Source of the DNA: Antedon mediterranea | Lineage: Eukaryota > Animalia > Echinodermata | Reading direction: 5' to 3' | Length of the DNA: 64,000 nt | Assembly: GCF_964355755.1 (NCBI RefSeq) | Contig: NC_092671.1 | Location: 24,316,070 to 24,380,069, forward strand | Part shown: positions 25,710-38,658 of the stretch, piece after piece | Layout: each line of letters starts with the position of its first letter | How positions within the stretch are numbered: position 1 is the stretch's first letter | Position numbers and translations under genes: made by a program | Notes under the pieces: model-generated | What the model was told of the DNA's origin: nothing | Databases searched by the model: none | The model's input: the letters and a program-made list of their open reading frames with translations, nothing else

Positions 25710-25855
25710 CAGGCACAGAACACACATATATATATATATATATAAACACATTAGGCAAAGAACATTAATTCTAAACCGCCCGGTGAAATACTGAAATTTA
25801 ATTAATTAATTTGGAACGATAAAGATGAGGAAATCTGTGAGAATGAGAAAAAGTC
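25543..25855. repeat. Tail-to-tail SINE 3' fragments joined through (TA)n
   Basis: 25543-25610 (+) and 25741-25855 (-) are inverted copies of the 3' part of the SINE at 26766-26953. Confidence 0.75.
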
Positions 25856-26765
25856 ATATATAAATCCAAAGGCAAATACTGAAAAAATGATATATATATA
25901 TATATAATAGGTTTATTCGATCGAGAAAACAATAATTAGTACTTTACGAGCTATAGTAAAGAACGGCATTTCCGAGAATTTGAAGATCAAAATTTCAGAT
26001 GGTGGGCGTGTTTCATCAACTGAGTACATATTCTAATTCTATATCGACGATGATCTTTTGAAATTCTGCAAAACTACTCAATACCAAAAAATATATTTAA
26101 AATAGATACTTTCTAAGGTTTTGCTAGAATTGTGAATGGGCCCGAACCGTTGTTATAACCGTGTAACAGGGCCCCGGTTGCAATGTAGGCTCGTCGTCAA
26201 TACATAATTATGTTGATGAATGTGAAAGGCTTCGAAGGCTTCCGTCACAAGTAGAGGAGTTTATAAAACCAATAGCAGATGATTATAAATTACTAGCATT
26301 AATACAGTCGTCGAGGTAGTGAACTCCGCTGATTTCAACCGCGTAGAGAAAGCTTGTCAAACGTATGTAAAATTATATGTAAGAGTTGCAATTGAAGTCT
26401 CATTTTCTGTTTTAAATCCATTGATACACAACAGATTGAAAGAAAGTTTAATATACGTCTGGTAGGCTAAGCGCTTATTATTAAGTATGCAATGTATGCG
26501 GTCAGTAAAATTAATTGTAACAAAACTAAATACAGACAACTTTACACTATATTTTAAATACACTTGCAAGTTTTAGATACCGTCCGTAATCTGAAGTTCA
26601 AAAAGAAAAGTCCACTGTTATTTACGAATTCGAAAGTATTTCTAGAATATATTGAAAAGAATTTAAAAAAAGGTGGTATGTCCGTAGATATGCAAATAAT
26701 TAAATATTATTATTCAAATTAATGATTACCATACAGTACATGTTTACTTACTGTTTATTACTTAA

Positions 26766-26953
26766 CAGTGGTCTGATGGTTAGGACATCTGCATATCAAG
26801 CAGAAGGTCCGGGTTCGAATCTCGGTTGGGGCGACTTTTTATCATTCTCACAGATTGCCTCATCTTATCGTTTCAAATTAATTAATTAAATTTCAGTATA
26901 TAACCGGGCGGTTTAGAGTTAATGTTCTATGCCTAATGTGTTCATATATATAA
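26766..26953 (+). mobile_element. tRNA-derived SINE with (TA)n tail
   Basis: A box TGGTCTGATGG, anticodon-like stem TCTGC/GCAGA, B box GGTTCGAATCT, broken acceptor stem; body repeated at 25543-25855. Confidence 0.75.
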
Positions 26954-27369
26954 AAGTATATCTCTCCGGTGATCCCGCTTCGTGAATATCAAGCACGAAT
27001 GTGCGATACTCTGGTAAAGAAAAACCAGAAATTAAGTTATGTAATAATCGTATCAAAGTTCCAGCTTGGAGTCAATTGTATAAAACCTTAAAAAGATATT
27101 GGAATCTGAATTATACACATATGTCGAGCCAATTTCAATGGTAGGGGCGGTTAAGTGAAGGGGTCTTCTGCACCACCTCAGTCCAATCATATTTGGGGCT
27201 GAGGTAAGAAAATGAAAACATAGACCTTTTAGTTGGTACAATCGTATCAAACTTCTCAATTTTTTAACACTAATGTTTGTACTGTACTTTTAATTTATGG
27301 ATAGGGAAAGTCACGCACTCTCCACATACATAGACTGCCCAAATCATTATGCTATAATACCAAATTTAA

Positions 27370-28830
27370 ACTTGCAATATTTCATTTTAAAACTATACCC
27401 AGTTTCTTTCTTGCTTGTATTTAAAATGATAAAATCTACGAGACGAAAAAGTAAACCGTTACTACTATGACTATGTTATATTAATCTAAAGGACATTATT
27501 GTTGTTTTACTCATCCTCCTTTTTGTTGGATTTACTATTAGTTTAAGAAGCAAATAAATGAATGAACATTGCATTGTAGACCATCATACTACATCAGCGT
27601 GCATGTGATTTTAATTAAAACTAGTATCCTGAATATAGGTTTGTGTGAATAAAGATTACTATGCAACTAATTTACATATTTTTGTTTATTTGTATTAACA
27701 AGGCCAACAGCCATTAAGTCGCGTGCTACAATGCATAGTGATACCGGACCGACAGACAGACCGACATACCGACAGACAGACCGACAGACCGACCGACCGA
27801 CCGACCGACATAGTGAACTATACTGACCGAAATTACTGAACATGTTTAAAAATGTTGAAATTTTTAAAAACATTTATATTTTTTTAATTTACACGTGCGT
27901 AGCCTGTCACTTTTGACGTGCTCGTATAACGTAATTTCGAGTTGAAAAGTAAGTCAAGAAAACAGAAATCGGGCAAAAAGAGTGCGCAACAACATTTAAC
28001 GCGCAGTGCGCGCGCAAAAATATGCGCACTCATGGCAATTTTGTATAAACGCTTAAAATTGCCTGAAACGTACTCTTATTTCATCGAAAATAAATTTTGA
28101 AAATTTTAAGTGCGCGTACGCATGCGTTACATTCGCTACGCACGTAATTGTATTGCCATATGATGATTTATGCCCTGAAATTTATGAGTACCAAATTTTA
28201 TTTAATTGTGATTCATGGTTGTGAAGATATGATTACAAACGTGATTTCGTTAAATCGTGCGTACGTAGACCGCGTAATTTTTTATTGCGCACCGTGAAAA
28301 CATAACCACATTGATTCCTGGCCATAAGGAATATACTGTGAAAAATTGACCTAGCTAGATTAAACTGATATCAAGATAAGGTCAGAAAGCGATAAAACGC
28401 ATAGTGATACCGGACCGACAGACCGACAGACCGACAGACCGACAGACCGACCGACCGACATAGTGAACTATAGAGTCGCTTCCACGCGACTAAAAAGATT
28501 CAATATAACTAAGCATGTTGCATCAAACAGCTTATTGTAATGGAGGGAAAACAAACCTACGTTCTTTAGAATTAAATTATTAATTTTAAGTTTTATTTAA
28601 AATCACATATACTGAGTAGTATGATGTTTAAGGTTTACTGTGCAATGTCATAATAAACATGGTAAGCTTCTTAATTAGTATTAGTTATAAATTAGTATAA
28701 GTTAGTGATTCCAACAAAAAGGAGGACGAGTAAATAAACAATTTCCTTTATAACATAATATATAGTCATACTACGGTTATTTTGATTTGTTGTTATTGTT
28801 CAACTATGGTTTTAAAATATGTAACAGTAT
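27370..28830. mobile_element. Old MITE-like inverted repeat hosting the HINE at 27697
   Basis: 27455-27540 (..TACTCATCCTCCTTTTTGTTGGA) is the degenerate reverse complement of 28700-28779; outer limits uncertain. Confidence 0.5.
27697..28496 (-). mobile_element. Helentron-associated (DINE-1/HINE-like) element
   Basis: Same termini as 18125-18892 in reverse orientation, with (CGAC/AGAC)n tracts at both ends. Confidence 0.78.
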
Positions 28831-29699
28831 ACTGTATAGCATTTGTCATTCATTTATCGGAGGTCTTTAAAATGGTTAAAGAGTGATATAGTTTAGATTG
28901 TAATTATAATACTAAATATTAATAATGATCTTGGTGATGAGAGATTTAACTGTGATGTTTTTCATTAGAATGAATAGAATGATGTATCTACCTAGGACTC
29001 CCGATACAAAGTATTCATAGTAGGCCTATATACTCACACAACAGTAACTGTTATTTTGATATTAAGCAAGACAATATTCGCTAGTTATTAAACATGTTAG
29101 TGTGCTCCACGCAAAAATGTTTGTACCAGCTATAGGTTAAATGTCAAAATAAGGTGTTTTTAAACATTTTGTGTATTTCTGTTGTATTAGAGCAAGTATA
29201 AGTATATAGACAAGTTCTATTTCCTCTGAAATACGATGTAAGAAGCATTTTTGGGTAGAAGCTGGGATCCACTTGATTTAGGATATTTCGACCTCGCTGA
29301 TTACGAATATGGCGGATCCCAAGCGAAATTCGGCCATCTAAGCCCTTAATTTGCATAATTAAAAATGGCGGCCATTTTTTATAATTACCCTATATCACGA
29401 GAACCACTAGTCACAGATAATTAATTTTGGTGTCAACATGTTTTAAATAAATAAATGTTGGTCTTATGACATTTTTTTTCTTTTTAAATTGTTTAAAACA
29501 TGTGTGTTTCTATCCTGTCTAATGGCACATTTTGTACAAGAATGGCCGATAGTATGGTTATTGACCTTTGAACTACAGCATAGGCCTACTGTATACTAAA
29601 TATAATATAATTGCATAACTATGAAATTATTTATACACAATAATAATTAGTAAAATTATAAAATTCACTGCCATCAAATATGATGTATTATGATTTATA

Positions 29700-30125
29700 T
29701 AGATTTATAAAAAAATGAACATGCAAGTTACATTTGGAAATTACCTGCCATCAATATGATGGAGTATGATTATAGATTTTTAAAGATGTGAACATGTTAG
29801 CAACATTTGGAAATTACCTGCCATCAATATGATGGAGTATGATTATAGATTTTTAAAGATGTGAACATGTCAGCAACATTTGGAAATTACCTGCCATCAA
29901 TATGATGGAGTATGATTATAGATTTTTAAAGATGTGAACATGTCAGCAACATTTGGAAATTACCTGCCATCAATATTATGGATTATGATTATAGATTTAA
30001 AAAAGAATTTGAACACGTCAGCTAGATTTGGAAATTTGGAAATTACCTGCTATATATGATGGATTATGATTGTAGGCCTATAGGTTTGAAAGAAAATGTG
30101 AACACGTAAGCTACATTTGGAATGA
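29700..30125. repeat. 73-bp tandem repeat in the left Academ arm
   Basis: CATTTGGAAATTACCTGCCATCAATATGATGG recurs at 29731, 29804, 29877 and 29950. Confidence 0.9.
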
Positions 30126-30539
30126 ACATGTTAAGGGCATCAGTTTTGATCATTCATGCAAAGGTTTCCGTCATCTTTAGCGTTGTTACAGCAGCATAAA
30201 GCTGTACATGATAGTTTTGACTTCTTGCACCTACATCTATATGGTTATGCATCGTGTCTTGCATCCACAATAAATCATCTCTATCGAAGCAGTAGGAATA
30301 GCTTCATTTTTCAGATGCACTGGTTGAAGTTTACCATTAGATAGCTCCCAACCTAAATCTGTTGGTAATGGCAAGTGCTGGATTGGCGATACAGCTTTTT
30401 TCCATATGAGTGATTGGAAGTGTGTTCTTTTTATATGCTGGTGCACTGCATCGCTTGTTGGAGGTATGCCTCTGGTTTTGTTTTTTTTTAAAACATGGCA
30501 TGCCTAACTTAAAACTGTCGATAAAGGACACCACCAGAC

Positions 30540-31592
30540 AAAGATGAACCAAAACACAGCCAGCCAAATTGCTGGTCGAACTTTTTGGCATTACAAGAAA
30601 ATAAAGCAGATCTAGCACGATTTCTATCAGAGGAGTTGATTCGTCAAGCTCCTATAGACAAAGAAATTGTCACAGCTGGTGGATTTATGGAAGAATCAGT
30701 TGTTAAATCATCAAAAGTCTACACGAATACATTGTCTCTGGTAGGATATCATGAAGAAGCGGACACGCGACTTGTCATGCTGCCAATGTCCGATACGACA
30801 CAGTTGTAGTTGCTTCTAGGGATACAGGCGTACTAGTGATTCTAGTGTCTCACTACCAAAGCATGGTATCCAAATGGATGATGACAGGTACATCCAAAAA
30901 AAGAAAGTATCTATAAAAGACATTTTTCAAGCCTTGCCGGATGGTTCTGCAAAAGCACTGATTCCATTCCACACTATTAGTAGATGCGATACTACCTGAT
31001 ATCCAGGGAAGAGTTAAATTACATTAATACATACATACAGTAATTTAACTCTTCCCTGCTCATATCTAAGTGGTCACTTAAAGGCATCGGCATGGGAAGT
31101 ATTACAAAAAAATTATGAACTAATTAAAGACCTGGGAGAAAACCTATCAGTGACCAAGTTATTATGAAATCGGAAAGATTCATTTGCTACGTTTACGGTG
31201 TTGGTCAAGTTAAAAGTACCAATGAAGTTAGGCATGCCATGTTTAAAAAAAAAAAACCAGAGGCATTACCTCCAACAAGCGATGCAGTGCACCAACATAT
31301 AAAAAGAGCACACTTCCAAGCACTCGTATGGAAAAAAGCTGTATCGCCAATCCAGCATTTGCCATCACCAACAGATTTTGGTTGGGAGCTATCTAATGGT
31401 AAACTTCAACCAGTGCTTCTGAAAAATGAAGCTATTCCTACTCCTTCGTTAGAGATGATTTATTGTGGATGCAAGACACGATGCATAACCAATAGATGTA
31501 GGTGCAAGAAGTCAAAACTACCATGTACAGCTTTATGCCGCTGTAACAACGCTAAAGATGACGGAAACCTTTGCATGAATGATCAAAACTGA
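30540..31592 (+). pseudogene. Academ XPG-like nuclease and Cys8 finger, C-terminal fragment
   Basis: ORFs 30585..30809 and 31164..31592 plus the intervening frameshifted motifs; inverted partial copy at 30140-30510. Confidence 0.8.
31004..31058. mobile_element. 55-bp hAT-type micro-MITE
   Basis: Perfect 19-bp TIR CAGGGAAGAGTTAAATTAC, 17-bp spacer, 8-bp TSD CTGATATC/CTCATATC; removing it restores CDTTSYLSGH. Confidence 0.88.
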
Positions 31593-31609
31593 TGCCCTTA
31601 ACATGTTCA

Positions 31610-32235
31610 TTCCGAATGTAGCTTACGTGTTCACATTTTCTTTCAAACCTATACAATCATAATCCATCATATTGATGACAGGTAATTTCCAAATTTCCAA
31701 ATGTAGCTGACGTGTTCAAATTCTTTTTTTAATCTATAATCATAATCCATCATATTGATGGCAGGTAATTTTCAAATGTAGCTTACGTGTTCACATCTTT
31801 AAAAATCTATACAATCATAATCCATCATATTGATGGCAGGTAATTTCCAAATTTCCAAATGTAGCTGACGTGTTACAATTCTTTTTTAAATCTATAATCA
31901 TAATCCATCATATTGATGGCAGGTAATTTTCAAATGTAGCTTACGTGTTCAAATTCTTTTTTAAATCTATAATCATACTCCATCATATTGATAGCAGGTA
32001 ATTTCCAAATTTCCAAATGTAGCTGACGTGTTACAATTCTTTTTTAAATCTATAATCATAATCCATCATATTGATGGCAGGTAATTTTCAAATGTAGCTT
32101 ACGTGTTCAAATTCTTTTTTAAATCTATAATCATACTCCATCATATTGATGGCAGGTAATTTCCAAATGTAACTTGCGTGCTCAAATTTTTTTTTAATCT
32201 ATATAAATCATAATACATCATATTTGATGGCAGTG
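31610..32235. repeat. 73-83-bp tandem repeat in the right Academ arm (reverse complement of the left array, more copies)
   Basis: Repeated CCATCATATTGATGGCAGGTAATTT(C/T)CAAAT units. Confidence 0.9.
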
Positions 32236-34243
32236 AATTTTATAATTTTACTAATTATTATTGTGTATAAATAATTTCATAGTTATGCAATTATATTATA
32301 CTGTATTTAGTATACAGTAGGCCTATGCTGTATTTTAAAGGTCAATAACCATACTATCGGCCATTCTTGTACAAAATGTGCCATTAGACTGGATAGAAAC
32401 ACACATGTTTAAAACAATTTAAAAAGAAAAAAAAATCATAAGACCACAATTTTCAAAGTTATATTATTATATTTGACTAATAGTTCAAAGGTCAATAGTT
32501 GTAGAATCGGCCATTTTTTGTAAAAACATTTCATTATAATAAATATGAATGTATAGTTTCTGAACAATTTGAGCCCTATTTCGTGTCTCTCAGATTATTG
32601 GTTACTGAGATACGATAAATCAAGGTCAAAGGTCAAAATGTCAGAAATAAGACTTGCATCCATTTTTTGAGAAAATGTGTCATTAAAGTGAATATAAAAA
32701 CATATATTTAAAACAATTTGAGACCAAAATTAATTATCTGTGACTAGTGGTTCTCGAGATATAGGGTAATTATAAAAAATGGCCGCCATTTTTAATTATG
32801 CAAATTAAGGGCTTAGATGGCCGAATTTCGCTTGGGATCCGCCATATTCGTAATCAGCGAGGTCGAAATATCCTAAATCAAGTGGATCCCAGCTTCTACC
32901 CAAAAATGCTTCTTGATTCGTTTTCTAGGCCGTTTTTTGAGAAATGGAACCTGTCTATATATATATTGCGAGTAATTTGAGACTAAAATTATAACTTTTC
33001 GACTAGTGGTTGCTGAGATATTGATATGGCCATTTTCTTGACCAATGGTAAAATATAAAAGTTTCACGATAATTTTTAGTAAAAAATTGTCCATTAAAGT
33101 GAATTGAAATATATATATATATTATACTGAATATTTTGACACCAACTATGACTATATCCGCCCAACGATTTCTGAGATATGAAATGTGTGCTCTAAGCCA
33201 AAAATGTTTGTGCCGGCTATATGCCTAAGGCCTAAATAAAATTAAATAAAATAAAATTTGAGACAACAATTATCACTTTCTGACTAGTTTTTCGGCCAAC
33301 AGCAACACATTGATTTGTATTGATATAAAAAGCAAAAAAAAACATTGTTAGCATAGTTTGCTAGAGGGTGCAGGGAGGTAAGCCCTTTCTAGCTCCTCAA
33401 CTAAATTCATTCCTATGGTTAAGTGAGCTGGTTTCAGGCTTCTATATGTAAATTTACGTAAGGGCAAAATTTGGTAAATCGTGCGTTATTTCTAGAATGT
33501 TTACTCGATGGTATGTAAAGTTGGCTCGTAGGCCTACTTTCGGTACTGATTTTAACCACCAGATGTAACACTGTTTACTCATTAAATTTAGTTAGATAAT
33601 TAGTTATTGACAATTAAAACGAATTTAGGTTCAACGATTTTCCCAAAATAGGGTTGTTTCCCGATCATGTCACACTGTCTAATGGATGTCCTCATGAAAA
33701 ATACCTGCACACAATAATACGAGGATACTTCGCATTTTCCTATCTCCTCCTACGATAATTGTTTTTAATAGCTGAAAACTGGTTGAAGAACTCGAGTACA
33801 GTATCATAATGTTGAAGACAGGCCGATTTTCTTTAAAAAATACTATTTTGAAAGATTTAATATACGTTTATACAAATGTATTAATTTGCGATGAATGAAA
33901 AATTCCAATCTCCCAGACTTGGTTTAACACAAGTAGGTAAATGTATGGGCCCTTGGAGAATAAAACTTATATATAGTATTGTAATACTTTGACAATATTG
34001 TAAATACTGTACGTATTAACCATTTTTGGTCGCCATTTGAATCGAAATTGTCTTACTGTGAATGTGGTTCCTGTTAGATAAACAAAATATACAAAGAACA
34101 TTTATTACTGTGACTGTGGGTAGATTACTGACAGTTGCTTCTCAGCGTTTGTATTAATTAATAATTATAACAAATATAAACGTCGTAGTGGTGTATCGTT
34201 ACATGTAGGCTACGGTACTTTACTATTTCAATCGACTATTTAA

Positions 34244-37200
34244 GAGCCATTGTCTGTAAGAATCAAAGAAATATCAAAAAAAGTGGCAGACTCAAAAAAA
34301 TGGATTTCTTTCAAATTTTGGACATGGCTATATATGTGTTGAGAGAAATCAAATATGAAGTATTTTTTATTTCAAACGTATATTTCCATGGCAACGGCCA
34401 AATTTGTGTTTTTGACAAATGTTGTCCTTTTTTAAGGTTTTTTAAAATGGATATTGGCACTACTTTGATGAGCGATATTTTTGTGTTGTTCATTTAATTA
34501 TAAAAAATAATTAGTGTATGCATAATAACAATGCATTGTGTACCTGTTTCAAATTTTTTTATTTTTTTTTATTTCATACTTTGGGAGATACCATTTATTT
34601 AAAAAGGGGTGTTTTTCACTTTTTTTAAATTGTTCAATGCAACTAAACTTTACTTCACCATAACGCCCAAAGTGGTGTATTTTTTTAGCTGATTTATTAC
34701 AAATAGGTAGTTCTAATGTTTAATAATTGATTTCTAAAATAAAATACTGGGGTAAATTTAAAATCTACAAGCAGTGTTGCGAGAAACATAGGCATTTTTA
34801 TATAAAAAAAACATGGTATATTAGTAAAAACATTTTATTTTCTTTGATTATTTGATTTGAAACTCATTGGTCAGAAAAATTCTTAATGTTTTATATAGTT
34901 CTAGTTGTGTTGTGAGAAAAAAAATTAATTTTTAGTTATAGATTCTGTAATTCCCAGTTTTAATGTCATTTTATAGGTTATATCCTCTGGAAATTTGAAT
35001 AAATTATCAGATCGTTGTGAATTTTAATCTTTGCAACAGATTACTCCTCTCTTATTTTGAAGCTCCTCTTTCATTTGTTTACTTCTTTTATTTGCTAACC
35101 TAAGCAGATCCCATATGCCCATCCACCACCACTTTCGACTACCACCCCTCCCCACCCCCACCCCGACTATAACCACAAAAAGATGATAAACTGCAACACT
35201 TTGGTCGATCATCCACTATAGAGTGTCAAATGCATGCATTCAAGCACCACCCACACTGCCGCTACTATCGCCCCAATGAATAGACGGATTCAAACTCCTC
35301 CATCCAACCACCTCCCCCCTTTTCTCCAAGCCCCCACCCACCCCAAGTTAAAAATTGCAATGCAAAAGATAGGACATAAAGTTAAGTTTTTAGACCCTCG
35401 CCTTCAACCACCTAACTATTTAAAAGTCCTGGATCCACCACTTTCCCCTCCCCAAAATAGAACCAATCAAAAGTCAATGATATACTCAGGTATGTTAATG
35501 CTACATAACAAATATTGAAGCCCTGATTTGAAATTTCATTTCATTTAAGGTCAGCATGTAAAATATCACACTTAATTATTAAATATTGGTTTTAAATTCT
35601 ATATTTTTTTTACTGTGATTTTTCAGTAATAATTATTAATTAATAATTATCTGATAATTATTTAATTTCCCTTAGTAATGCATAGCAACAGTTACTATGG
35701 TAACTAAAAATGAGATATTCTTTAGATTTTTCATATTTATCTCATACAAATTTAAATTTGTAGATTATTAGCAGGCATGCCTTATTTGCATTTTCAAATT
35801 ACCGTTTCACAAGGTCATATTCGTAAGCACTTTCTTCTGTGATTATTTTTATTCATGAAAACCCCATATTTTATTTACAGCGGCCACCTCCCTTAACGGA
35901 CGCACTTTGAAAAGCCTGTTTGTTCTTCCTATCTAATTAGTGCATTTGGTGCTTACCGTAAGCAGCTGCGAGCACCTTTTTATACTAAAAATGAGATTTT
36001 TTGTAAGCGGCCAATCGAAAAATGTGATACTTATTGCATGGACCTATGAATTAGAGGTGCATGTTTATTGTATTTCTTTATATATTAGCTTTATTTTGAA
36101 GAGGTTTTAAAAACATTACTGTGAAGAGATGAGAAAACTACACAGATTTTGACCGACCATTTTTCATATGATAAAAGTTTTTAAAATTTGTCTGAAAATG
36201 CTAAAAAATACTAAACCACCTGATTATAAATAATAATATGCCTACAATTAGCTGGAAAATTGAGAGGCTCGTTTCATTAAGAATATCGTATATAGCCATA
36301 ATAAGTGATTTTGGCCCTTTATCGGCAGAACCTCCCGTAAGGGGTCACCGCCCGTAAGCGGCCACTTTTCCAGGTCCCAAGGGTGACCACTTACGGGAGG
36401 TTCAACTGTATTTAACAAAACAATTATCCTTAGTTACGCATAGAAACAGGTTCTAAGATAACATAAATAATACATTTTGACATAACTTGACCCAAAAAAT
36501 TTTTTTCACAAGGTCAGACATTTTCTGGGATTCAGTAGATAAGTAAATTTGGGAAAAGGTAGTAAAGCTATGTAATCAATTGTTTGTAGTCATGAAACCC
36601 CATATTAAAAATATTGTACTTAGTTACGTATAGAAACAGTTGCTACAATACACTATAGGTAAAATGTTGATGTCATTTGACCTAAATATGTAAAATTTTT
36701 ATTTTTTCATGAAACTCCATATTTAATTTTTTTTTAAAATATCATTTGTTACGTAAACAGGTTTAAGATAACACTAAAGGTCATTTTTTTTTACCTTTAT
36801 TCAGATTCGTCAAGACTTTCTTTCTGAGATTATTAGGATTCAGTATTTAAAGTAAATTTAGCAAAAATTAGAAATGTAAAACTATGTAGAAAAAATGTTT
36901 TTTATTTATGAAAAACCCCTTATTTTTTTTAAATTTTCGCATAGAAACAGTTACTATGGTAAAATGTTGACCTCAAAATGAATGAATTTACAAGGTCAAG
37001 TTTGTCATTAATGGAATGCAGTAGAAGTAAAATTGAGAAACATGTACAAATGCAATCAATTCTTTGTATTTATAAAAACGCCATTTTTTACGTTTTTTAA
37101 AAATTACTTTCCTTAGTTACACATATAAATGGTTGCTAAGGTAACACTATAGGTAAAATATGAAAATTGTTGAGAATTGTTATGAACTATCTTGTAAATT

Positions 37201-38145
37201 TTGATCAAACATTAATAGTTGTAGTAAAGTGGGGACCTGTCCTGTTTTGCAATCTGACCCCTTTTGACCTCAAATGACCTATTTACAAGGTCAGATTTTT
37301 TGGGAGGTCTTTCTGTATCTCTTTACACAAAATAGATTTAAAAATTTATAAAAACCATTGACTCAATTATTTCCAAGTTTAACATTATTTTCCATCAACT
37401 AAATATTTCAATGCAAAATACTGTTTTTCTGGCAATTAATTGAAATAAACCTGGCAACACATTCTCCTATTTTATCTAAACTATTCGTATGACTCTAGTA
37501 GCAATATGACAAGCCATATATACATTTTATTATTGGATTAGCCATATTTAAATTGTGTTTCATGTGTTTTGTTTGTTGATATTTTGTTATATTTTTTGCA
37601 TTTTTTGTATTTTCCTGGCAACACAAAACCTATGTACGAAATTTACCCCAGTGTTTTTTTCGTGATTATTGTTGAAAAACCTATTGACTATCAAATTAAA
37701 AAACCTCATTGATTTAAAAACACCACTTTGGAAGTTATAGGTACGTTTATGAGGTATACTTTTATAAAAAAAATATTTTTTAAAAACACCCCTTTTTAAA
37801 ATAATGGTATCAACCAAACTCCATTTTGTAATTTTTTTTTTTCTACATTAAATGGAACTCAATACATGTTGTTTACACTGCTATAAACAAAAACTGTATA
37901 ATGTAAGTATTTTTGGTTAAAATAAGTATACAAGTTTGTACTTTTTCACTATAGAAAATCTGTGAAAAATGGCAAAAACATCAAAATTTGGATAATTGAC
38001 CGTTGTCATGGCAACGGAGGCTAAAAATTAAAATGAATGTTGTAGATATGCTTTTTATTGAAATGTCTATTCATGGTAAAAATTTGAGAGAAATCCATTT
38101 TTTTACATCTGCCACCAAATCTTTGATTTTTACAGACAATGGCTC
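34244..38145. mobile_element. TTAA-flanked non-autonomous DNA transposon with long imperfect TIRs (Kolobok-like)
   Basis: TTAA-GAGCCATTGTCTGTAA ... TTACAGACAATGGCTC-TTAA; inverted similarity extends about 550 bp; the empty site is visible in the Helitron copy near 48810-48835. Purine-purine termini with TTAA favour Kolobok over piggyBac. Confidence 0.82.
35878..36408. mobile_element. Tigger/pogo-like MITE
   Basis: TA-CAG ... GGGAGGTTCAACTG-TA; internal GCGGCCAC/CCCGTAAG repeats; interrupts a repeat unit of the host element. Left TIR partly deleted. Confidence 0.65.
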
Positions 38146-38494
38146 TTAACAGGGACAGTTTTAAAAAAGTATTATAAATGTTTTACTGTGTTTAGTGGTA
38201 TATTATTGATAAGCCTATAAAACATTTAAAACAATATTTCGTTACTGAGTGGATAGAGAATATATTTAGAAATTGTTCTACTCATCCTTTTCCCCATCCC
38301 TCAACTCTAATGTTATATACAAAACACAAATTGGGTTTGTTTAAATGACTTCAAATAAAAAAAATTGGACTCATTTTTAAGACAAGGCCTAATTTCCAGG
38401 GTGCTAATTTTACATAAATCATCGTGTCTATTTATTCGTTTATGTAAACGACAATGTACTATAGTCCTGCGGTACGTACATTGTTTACGCTGAA

Positions 38495-38627
38495 ATTGCC
38501 TCCTTTTTTATATATAATTATCATTGGTTTTATACTTTTATACAAATTTTAATATTGAACAAATGTAAATATCTTTGTAATTCAGCTAAGGCTGCGATAA
38601 TGATATTGAAATAAATGAAATGAAATG

Positions 38628-38655
<28 letters not shown>
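38495..38655 (+). mobile_element. Short retroposed fragment with (ATGAA)n and poly(A) tail
   Basis: Absent from the Helitron copy at 49111-49130 (TACGCTGACATTACTGTG); ends AATAAATGAAATGAAATG plus a long A run. Confidence 0.7.

Positions 38656-38658
<3 letters not shown>

Larger units (their letters stand above)
29098..33391 (+). mobile_element. AcademX-like DNA transposon relic forming a large foldback
   Basis: Frameshifted + strand coding at 30540-31592: NKADLARFL, HEEADTRL, SRDT.V, CDTTSYL, LPPTSDAVHQHIKRAHFQ and a Cys8 finger CGCKTRC..CRC..CTALCRC. XPG-like nuclease plus Cys8 is the AcademX architecture. Arms 29240-30510 and 31225-32914 are inverted copies. Outer termini approximate. Confidence 0.75.

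Noticed and set aside
26766-26833. Functional tRNA gene (ATC anticodon loop)
   Set aside because: The acceptor stem does not pair, and the downstream body is a repeated SINE tail.
31164-31592. Host tesmin/TSO1-like CXC gene
   Set aside because: Upstream frameshifts, the XPG-like motifs, the inverted duplicate and the lack of introns indicate a transposon-derived Cys8 domain.
29700-32235. 73-bp periodic repeats as a CRISPR array
   Set aside because: Whole units are repeated with no variable spacers, no cas genes, and they lie inside a transposon.
29144-32980. Duplicate ORFs MQIKGLDGRISLGIRH (29144..29356 and 32798..32980), likewise HFGRQSFRPPVME ORFs at 59313 and 60888
   Set aside because: Chance ORFs in the two arms of inverted repeats.
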